Shown here one piece after another: positions 57,059-64,000 of a stretch of 64,000 nt of DNA. Origin of the DNA: a virus; the IMG/VR virus record IMGVR_UViG_3300042505_000752, positions 1 through 64,000 of that record, one strand, 5' to 3'. Both the position numbers and the translations under genes were made by a program. A model generated the notes under the pieces. That model saw nothing but the letters and a program-made list of their open reading frames with translations, ran no database searches and was not told where the DNA came from. How positions within the stretch are numbered: the stretch's first letter is position 1; the number at the start of each line of letters is the position of its first letter.

Positions 57059-58363
57059 CTAGAGGATTATAGTCGCTCTACCCCTTTGAGGCAACCCCAA
57101 ACCTGTTAAATGCGTAAATGCTCCTACGGCAGAGTCAACTTGGTCATCGTGGTTGCAAGCCTCGGGAAAAGATGCAAATTCGTCTAGCCAGTCTGTAAGC
57201 CAAGCGCCCCTGACCAGACGGACATTGCCATTCGCTACAGCGGCGGCGAATGGGCGAGCACGCGTAACTTTGTCGCCAGTTGCCCTTATTCCCATGAAGT
57301 CGTAACCTGGTAATACATATCGGGCATATTGGTCAATTAGAGCCTTTCCTGACGAACCAGGTTCCTGCTCCATTCTGATAGTTACCGCATTACCATCTTC
57401 ATAGGCTGTTTGTGCAATTAATTGTTCTACTTTTTCGCCTTTAACTCTGGCTTTCTTTACATCTAATATGTAACTTATACCCGAATCAAATAAAATTAAT
57501 GTACCAACGGTCCAGTCGGGGTCTGGGTTGCTATGTGATGGTTCAGTCGCGGCGCAGTCCCAGAACCTAACAGCGCGAGCATTAGAGGCGATCTGAGGCA
57601 CCTCGTGGGGGTCAATAATGACAAAGTTCTCTCGGTCAAACAATGTTCCGAGTGAGGTCGTAAACCAGTCGCCCTCTTCTAGCCTGCGACGCTCAATGGG
57701 GTCCAAAGCCTGCAATGCCTGCCGATATGACTCAGCGTCAATGCCGGGGTTGTCGTGGAGTTTAGAAGGGACGAAGATCCGCCCAGTTTCCATTCCTTCA
57801 ACGATGAATCTTTGGCGAACCCAATTGGGTGCTGGGTTGGATGCTGACCTCATTCTTAGCGGAACCTGCGCCAAAGCGCCTTTTGCTGGACGGCGGAGAC
57901 GCGAGAACATATACCGATAGTCGGATTCTCGGATTTCGGTAACTTCGTCCATGCCAATAAATTGAAATTCAGCACCCTTGTAGCGAAGGTAGTCCTGCTG
58001 GTTATTTAGGTATCCAAACGATATGCGAGCGCCAGAAGGGAAAACAGCAGTATAGTTATTAGCATTCCACCTAACATTGTCATAGTTCGCCACCCAAGAT
58101 TGGAATCTGTCCATGATTGCACCAGGGAGCGCAAGGTCGGCATATGTCCTACGGAAAAGAATGGCTGAATAATTTGGGATATCAACATACTGTAGGGCAG
58201 ACATTAATAGAGCCGAACTTTTACCTCCGCCAGCCGCTCCTCCAAAAAGTGCTTCTAGAGCGTAAGTCCGAAGAAAAACCTTCTGAGTCAAGGAAGGCTC
58301 CTCAGGGCAAAACTCAGACATTTTTGGTTCTAAATATTTTAGAATTGATTCCCAGTCAGTCAT
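57059..58363 (-). CDS. terL: Terminase large subunit
   Basis: Walker A GGAAGGGKS, Walker B IGMDE, nuclease motifs FWDCAAT and HDDQVDS. The likely start is MTDWES at 58363. Confidence 0.93.
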   Translation of the reverse strand: MTDWESILKYLEPKMSEFCPEEPSLTQKVFLRTYALEALFGGAAGGGKSSALLMSALQYVDIPNYSAILFRRTYADLALPGAIMDRFQSWVANYDNVRWNANNYTAVFPSGARISFGYLNNQQDYLRYKGAEFQFIGMDEVTEIRESDYRYMFSRLRRPAKGALAQVPLRMRSASNPAPNWVRQRFIVEGMETGRIFVPSKLHDNPGIDAESYRQALQALDPIERRRLEEGDWFTTSLGTLFDRENFVIIDPHEVPQIASNARAVRFWDCAATEPSHSNPDPDWTVGTLILFDSGISYILDVKKARVKGEKVEQLIAQTAYEDGNAVTIRMEQEPGSSGKALIDQYARYVLPGYDFMGIRATGDKVTRARPFAAAVANGNVRLVRGAWLTDWLDEFASFPEACNHDDQVDSAVGAFTHLTGLGLPQRGRATIIL

Positions 58364-58421
58364 ACCGTTCCCTCGTAGATCATAAGATACATTAGTGTTG
58401 ACCAAAGCCTCAGAGGTACAT

Positions 58422-58601
58422 GTGAAAAATTTTCTATTAAAATTTAAAGGCAAACCATGGCGCACAATGGCTGCGGACACTTTAATGATAACATTTATAG
58501 TGCTTACAAGTATTGGAGCATACATGATAGCACCGCCAGTTGGACTAATTACTGGCGGCGCATGTTGTGGCTTATACGGCTTTCTTTTGGGGTCTGAATA
58601 A
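58422..58601 (+). CDS. Small membrane protein upstream of the portal
   Basis: Two hydrophobic helices; GTG start after GAGG. Confidence 0.6.
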   Translation: MKNFLLKFKGKPWRTMAADTLMITFIVLTSIGAYMIAPPVGLITGGACCGLYGFLLGSE

Positions 58602-58603
58602 AT

Positions 58604-60874
58604 ATGGCTTGGAATTCACGAAACACCAAGGGACTAAATTCATCTGAATCAAAGGCCGCCTCGCTCGGTCCTGGCGCTCCTGTCGCACAAAACCCCTCCA
58701 TGATCGGTAGGGGTTATAAGGATTCATGGGATATTGAGCGTGCATACCGAGAGGGAATGCAAAAAGTAACTTGGGTGTCGCGTTGCATTGATGCAATTTC
58801 AGGCAACCAAGCACGACTTCCAGTTATTTTACGAAAAGATAATAGTCCTAGTGGTGAAATTTTTACAAAAAAGCATGAGATTTTAACCCTTCTTAATACA
58901 AAAGCAAATATTGGCGAAAACTCATTTATTTTTAGGTATCGTTTATCTAGCCAACTTTTAATGTCAAGCCGTGGCGTTTTCATTGAGAAAATTCGCGGGC
59001 GTGATGGACGGTTAATTGCACTCAACTTACTCCCACCGCAACACACTTCCCCGATCCCAGACGCTAAGAAGTTTGTCTCTGGGTATGAAGTATTGATGCC
59101 AAACGGTGGAAAAATAATCATTCCCCCAGACGATGTGACATGGATTCGTCGCCCCCATCCTCTTGACCCTTATTTGTCAATGACACCAATGGAATCCGCT
59201 GGTATTGCCATTGAAGTAGAAAACCTAGCAAAGTTATATAACCGAAACTTCCTGCTCAATGACGGTAGACCAGGTGGTCTTTTAGTTCTTCGTTCTGAAA
59301 TTGATGACGACGACAAGGATGAACTTAGAAGCCGTTTCCGTGGAAATATTAACAAGACGGGTTCAATTACGGTTATTTCATCAGACGATGGCGCTGACTA
59401 TATTGACACCTCGTCTAGCCCTCGCGATGCCAGTTACATTGAAATGCGTCAAATAACCAAGGAAGAAATCCTTGCCGCATTTGGTGTTCCAGAATCCGTC
59501 ATCGGAAACGCCGCTGGACGAACTTTTAATAACGCCGCCGAAGAACTTCGTGTTTTCTGGATGGAAACAATGATGCCCCACCTTGAGCAAATTGCTCGGG
59601 CATTAGATGAATTAGACGAAGAATACTACATTGACTTTGAAACTGGGAATATTCCAATCCTAATTATCGCCAAGCAAGAGCGTGAGCGATACAGCAAAGA
59701 TGAATTCCAAACTGGTCTTATCAGTATTAATGAATATCGGACCGCCACTGGACGAAAGACCGTAGAGTCAGATATTGCCGACAGTCTCCTCCTGTCCCCG
59801 AACCTTGCCCCAGTTGCAAATACAGAGAAGCCTTTTGATGCCGCTCAGGTTCAGCCTGTTGATATGGCTGGTGGTCAACCTGGTGCCCAACCTGGTGCCC
59901 CTGCTGGTCCTCCAGGCTTACCTATGCTCGGTTCTGAGCCACCGCCAGAAGGAGAGCCTATGGTTGGCGAGGCGACCCCAGTGGGCGAACCAGGTCCAAC
60001 TGACCAAATCGCACCAGGTGCCTCGCCGGGGCAAGAAATTGAAGGAATTGCACCTGTCGCCAACGCGGCACCGGGTCAACTTTCCGCTCGTCATGGAAGA
60101 TTTGAAGTCAAAACAGAGAATCAAGCACTTGATGCTTGGGATGTCAAGGCTGAGCAAACTACAGAACGATGGTCAGAAATTCTTGATCGTAACTTAGAGC
60201 GTTATTTTGAAAGACAACAAAGGGTTGTTTTAGAGAAGGCTCTAGGTGCAAAGGCGCGCAAGTTGATGAGTTCTCGTGAATTGAAAACAGAGGATGTTTT
60301 TGATACTCCTGTCTGGAATAGGCAAATTGCCGACGACCTTGGTCCTGTCTATTTAGCAATTCTCCAAGATGCTTCTGAAATTTCACTAGGTGACTCTCAA
60401 AGTAGTAAAGAATTAGATGAGCAACTTGTTAAAGAGTACATTGCACAGCAAGTTGAGCGAACACAAAAGGTCAACGACACGACCAAAGAGGAAATTGCGG
60501 CTGCTTTACTAGTTGCCATGGCAATTGCCAACGAGGACGAATCTGACAGAATGAGCCTATTACGGGCAGCGTTAGCCGCTATTTTCGCTAACTTACTTGG
60601 CAAGCGTCGTCGCGTAATTGCCGAGCATGAGGCTTCTTCGGCTTTTAACGCTGGTACTTACTTTGCTGGTAAGCAGTTAGGTAAGTCTTCAAAGACTTGG
60701 ATTACTCGCCGTGACCAGAAGGTTAGGTCTGAGCACACAATTCTTCATGGCAAGAGTATTCCCCTTGGTGAAGGTTTTATGGAAGATGGCGCTTTATTGA
60801 GGTTCCCTGGTGACCCTACCGCTCCGCTTCATTTGACTATCAACTGCCGATGCAGACTGAAATTCAATAACTGA
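58604..60874 (+). CDS. HK97-type portal protein fused to a MuF-like head morphogenesis domain
   Basis: Portal motifs NFLLNDGRPGG and ILAAFGVP. The C-terminus has KTWITRRDQKVRSEH...LRFPGDP...INCRC. Confidence 0.88.
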   Translation: MAWNSRNTKGLNSSESKAASLGPGAPVAQNPSMIGRGYKDSWDIERAYREGMQKVTWVSRCIDAISGNQARLPVILRKDNSPSGEIFTKKHEILTLLNTKANIGENSFIFRYRLSSQLLMSSRGVFIEKIRGRDGRLIALNLLPPQHTSPIPDAKKFVSGYEVLMPNGGKIIIPPDDVTWIRRPHPLDPYLSMTPMESAGIAIEVENLAKLYNRNFLLNDGRPGGLLVLRSEIDDDDKDELRSRFRGNINKTGSITVISSDDGADYIDTSSSPRDASYIEMRQITKEEILAAFGVPESVIGNAAGRTFNNAAEELRVFWMETMMPHLEQIARALDELDEEYYIDFETGNIPILIIAKQERERYSKDEFQTGLISINEYRTATGRKTVESDIADSLLLSPNLAPVANTEKPFDAAQVQPVDMAGGQPGAQPGAPAGPPGLPMLGSEPPPEGEPMVGEATPVGEPGPTDQIAPGASPGQEIEGIAPVANAAPGQLSARHGRFEVKTENQALDAWDVKAEQTTERWSEILDRNLERYFERQQRVVLEKALGAKARKLMSSRELKTEDVFDTPVWNRQIADDLGPVYLAILQDASEISLGDSQSSKELDEQLVKEYIAQQVERTQKVNDTTKEEIAAALLVAMAIANEDESDRMSLLRAALAAIFANLLGKRRRVIAEHEASSAFNAGTYFAGKQLGKSSKTWITRRDQKVRSEHTILHGKSIPLGEGFMEDGALLRFPGDPTAPLHLTINCRCRLKFNN

Positions 60875-60904
60875 CTTTACTGAAAGTCGTACTTTACTGA
60901 AAGT
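60874..60904. promoter_or_regulatory. Tandem palindromic operator-like sites
   Basis: ACTTT-ACTG-AAAGT at 60874-60887 and 60891-60904, upstream of TATGAT at 60935. Confidence 0.5.
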
Positions 60905-60967
60905 ACCTTCCACTAGCAGTACCCCTATTGCGTTTATGATTAGTGTGTTAGTTACATGAGGTGAAAA

Positions 60968-62653
60968 ATGCCTGTACAAGAAGCAATAGAATTCAAAGCA
61001 ATGCCTGGTCAAATTGGTATTGACGAGGCTAAAGGCATCGTTGAATGCTTCGTTGCTGGTGTTGGCAACAAGGACAGCGTTGGCGATATTGTTCTTTCTG
61101 GTGCCTTTACTGAAAGTCTGAAGCGACGCAAGCCACGAGTCGTTTGGGGTCACGACTGGAATCACCCAATTGGCAAAGTTCTAGAAATTTACGAAGTACC
61201 TGCTAATGACCCTCGTTTGCCCGCAAAAATGAAGCGCGCTGGAATTGGTGGTCTTTATGCTCGCGTTCAGTTTAATTTAAAGGCAGATAAAGGTCGCGAG
61301 GCGTTTGCCAATGTCGCGTTCTATGGCGAGGACCAAGAATGGTCAATCGGCTACAAAACTTTAGATGCTATTTACGATAATGGTCGCCAAGCAAATCTAC
61401 TTCGTGAAGTAGAACTATATGAAGTAAGCCCTGTATTGCACGGAGCAAACCAACTGACGGGCACTATTTCTATTAAAGCAGCAAAAAAAGACGAGCCAGT
61501 AAACTCTTTTGGAAAATCAAAATGGGTGATGTTTGATCGTGAGTTTGCAAGTCGCCTAAAAAAGGATTATCCACAAATTTGGGCGCTCGGTGGAAACATC
61601 AAGGGCAATGACCAATATCGCATATTGACACAGATTGCCGAAGCGGGCGGAGTTGCTAAAAATCAGGCACAGACAAATGCATTAGAATTGCGTGAAGCAT
61701 GGGTGGCGCGCCATGCAGGAGATTTCCGACTACCTGGCGTAATTGCTCAAATCAAGTGGTTAGCAGTGGGTAGTCGCGGTGAAGACCACATGAAAAATGT
61801 AGTCCGTGAAGCCATGCAAAAACAAGATGCCAAAATGAAGGAAAAGACATTCCCAGCAGGGGAAATGGACGAAGAAGAAATGCCAAAAGGCATGGTAGGT
61901 CGTCAAATGGGGATGGCTCGTGCTTTGGCGATGGAACTTGGAAATAGGTTTGGTGGTCCTGCCAAAATTCGCCATGCTGATTCAAATATGGTTGTTTTTG
62001 ACCACATTATGGATGGCGTTCCAAGCACTATGCGTGTTGCTTTCCATTTTGACGGTGAACGGTTTATGTTCGGTAAACCAGACCGCGTAAAGCCTACTGT
62101 CGTGTATATGCCAGAAAATGAAGATGAGGAATACTCCAAGCCTTCAAAGCCAATGATGAAACCAACTAATGCTGGCAATGTTTACGACGATCAGTACGAA
62201 GATGAGGATAAGCCCGTCTGGATGAAGCCTAAGGCTTGCGGTTGTGGCGGGAAAACTAATGCGTCTTCGGAAATTGATGATGCATTTGACAGTTTCAAAT
62301 CTCTTTTTTCTGAAGAGGTCAAGGCTGGTCGTGCTATCAGTTCTGGCAATCTTGAAAAATTGATGCAGGCTATTGAATTAATTCGTGGTGTTGTAGCAGG
62401 TGGCGGGCGAGCCGAAATTGAAATGAAAGATCCAAGCGCCAACATCTCAACTAACATTGAAGACCTATTTGGAGTTAAGCAATTACTTGACCCAGTTTTT
62501 GAATACCATAATTTAAAAACACTTGCAACCGAGAATGGTATTGAAATAAAGGGTATAGTTTCAAGTAGTGCAATGAGCGCCATCAACACGGCGCTTAGTG
62601 TTTCTGATTATGATGCTGAATTGGTAGTGGAAAATAATTACACCGATAACTGA
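60968..62653 (+). CDS. Prohead protease (HK97/S78) with C-terminal extra domains
   Basis: DSVGDIV..GAF, VWGHDW..PIG, WSIGY and LYEVSPVLHGAN. Confidence 0.88.
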   Translation: MPVQEAIEFKAMPGQIGIDEAKGIVECFVAGVGNKDSVGDIVLSGAFTESLKRRKPRVVWGHDWNHPIGKVLEIYEVPANDPRLPAKMKRAGIGGLYARVQFNLKADKGREAFANVAFYGEDQEWSIGYKTLDAIYDNGRQANLLREVELYEVSPVLHGANQLTGTISIKAAKKDEPVNSFGKSKWVMFDREFASRLKKDYPQIWALGGNIKGNDQYRILTQIAEAGGVAKNQAQTNALELREAWVARHAGDFRLPGVIAQIKWLAVGSRGEDHMKNVVREAMQKQDAKMKEKTFPAGEMDEEEMPKGMVGRQMGMARALAMELGNRFGGPAKIRHADSNMVVFDHIMDGVPSTMRVAFHFDGERFMFGKPDRVKPTVVYMPENEDEEYSKPSKPMMKPTNAGNVYDDQYEDEDKPVWMKPKACGCGGKTNASSEIDDAFDSFKSLFSEEVKAGRAISSGNLEKLMQAIELIRGVVAGGGRAEIEMKDPSANISTNIEDLFGVKQLLDPVFEYHNLKTLATENGIEIKGIVSSSAMSAINTALSVSDYDAELVVENNYTDN

Positions 62654-62667
62654 TTCAGGAAAGTAAT

Positions 62668-64000
62668 ATGGACACAGAAAAATCTTTAGTAAAAATAACA
62701 ACCAAGTATCACTGCATGGTTTCTGGAAAGAAACAAATGGAACCATGCGACGGATGCACAAACCCACAAGGCTGTCTTTCAAAAGCCATGCAATACAAGG
62801 AGAATGAAGAAATGGACGAACTCAACGAAAAGGCTATCGTCAAACTAGATGCAGACGGTGCTGTCGTAAAGTGCGCCAAGGGTCTTGGGGCTGCTGAATG
62901 TGGCTACAAGGCTGGAGCAAAAGTTTGTGGTGCTTGTGGTGCAATGGCATCAATGACCAAGGCTGGCATGATGCCAGATGCCGAAGAAGACGAAGAAGAA
63001 GAAATGTCGGATGACGACACTTCAATGATGCCCGATAAGAAGAAAAAGGGTGGCATGGGTGGCTACGCAATGGGCGAAGATGACGAGGAAGAAATGATGC
63101 CCGTCAAGAAGCGCGGTATGCCGATGGTGGATGTGGAAATGGCTGACGACGAAGAAATGATGCCTGCTCCAAAAAAGAAGAAGCCAATGATGATGGTTGA
63201 AGACGAAGAGGAAATGCCCGAAGACGAAGAAATGGGCAAGACTTGGATGATGAAGCCGAGCAAGCGTTCGCGCATGATGGCAATGAAGTCACTTGAAGTG
63301 AAGTCTGAAAATGACGATGTTTACATGTGTCAGTTGGAGCGCAAGTCGTACCCATCGGCAAGTCAAATTTGCGAAAACTGTCCTGGTGGATGCCAGACAG
63401 AAGGAGGCATGCCTGGCTTGTTAGATGTTGAAGGCGTTGGTCTTGGCATTATTGGCGGAAAAGTACTTGACTCTGGTTACTCATTTGACGACGATCTTTT
63501 TGTTGTTCAACTTCAGGCAAAAGATGGCAATACATGGGAAATGATTGCCGATGGTCAAAGTGGTGAAATGTTGCGCATGGAGCGCATTAAGACACCAGAC
63601 TTTGGCATTGAAGGCAAGTCGGCATTTGATGAAGAAACCGCTTCAGACTTTGGAATCGTTTCAGCATCAGAAGCAGTTGAGATTGCATTGAAGTCGCTTG
63701 AAGCAGAATTTGATGTAATTGGCGATGTTGTTTCAACTGACTCGGATGTATTCCTCGGTCATGATGTTTACTCAATTGAAGTAGACGCAATGAATGGCAA
63801 GTCATACGATGTCTATGTTTCGCTTGATGGACAGTTTGTCGGTCTTGATGAGTGGACTGCTGATGAAGCAGAAGAGATTGAAGCAGAGGCTGCTGAAATT
63901 GCATTGAAGCGTGCATACGACGAAGAGTCACGCACAGACATGGCTAAGGGCGGTATGGCAATGCCTGACGGCTCATACCCAATCAAGGATGTTGCTGACC
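62668..64000 (+). CDS. Head-module protein with Cys clusters, a Met/acidic tract and PepSY-like repeats, truncated (absent from the track)
   Basis: AGGA RBS and ATG at 62668. The frame stays open to the window end: MDTEKSLVKITTKYHCMVSG...GMAMPDGSYPIKDVAD. Confidence 0.75.
   Translation, partial: MDTEKSLVKITTKYHCMVSGKKQMEPCDGCTNPQGCLSKAMQYKENEEMDELNEKAIVKLDADGAVVKCAKGLGAAECGYKAGAKVCGACGAMASMTKAGMMPDAEEDEEEEMSDDDTSMMPDKKKKGGMGGYAMGEDDEEEMMPVKKRGMPMVDVEMADDEEMMPAPKKKKPMMMVEDEEEMPEDEEMGKTWMMKPSKRSRMMAMKSLEVKSENDDVYMCQLERKSYPSASQICENCPGGCQTEGGMPGLLDVEGVGLGIIGGKVLDSGYSFDDDLFVVQLQAKDGNTWEMIADGQSGEMLRMERIKTPDFGIEGKSAFDEETASDFGIVSASEAVEIALKSLEAEFDVIGDVVSTDSDVFLGHDVYSIEVDAMNGKSYDVYVSLDGQFVGLDEWTADEAEEIEAEAAEIALKRAYDEESRTDMAKGGMAMPDGSYPIKDVAD

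Noticed and set aside
57059-58525. 488-aa terminase starting at 58525
   Set aside because: The extension overlaps the divergent plus-strand gene and lacks an RBS. MTDWES at 58363 has a GAGGG RBS.

Overview
A 64-kb segment of a large tailed-phage genome with a contractile tail (myovirus morphology). The host is probably actinobacterial, inferred from WhiB, TANNNT/extended -10 leaderless starts and one actinobacterial-type DnaA box. Layout from left to right: (1) an array of 10 co-oriented DnaA boxes beside an AT-rich tract and a strong promoter; (2) small minus-strand early genes, a probable ~105-nt sRNA and a 680-aa HipA/PI3-4K-like kinase; (3) replication and nucleotide genes: primase-helicase, ThyX, WhiB, a DNA methyltransferase and class II RNR; (4) a glycosyltransferase/methyltransferase sugar-modification cluster; (5) about 14 kb of tail-fibre genes; (6) baseplate, tape measure, a tail chaperone with a probable -1 frameshift, tube, sheath and neck; (7) a glycosyltransferase + IbrB/IbrA (ParB + PAPS-reductase) + ParB block; (8) RuvC, HNH, a RecB/Cas4-like exonuclease, a Rad52-like annealase and the large terminase; (9) on the opposite strand, a portal-MuF fusion, an extended prohead protease and a truncated Cys-cluster/PepSY-like protein. 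No tRNA, rRNA, CRISPR array, integrase or reverse transcriptase was seen. All product calls come from motif recognition by eye, with no database searches.
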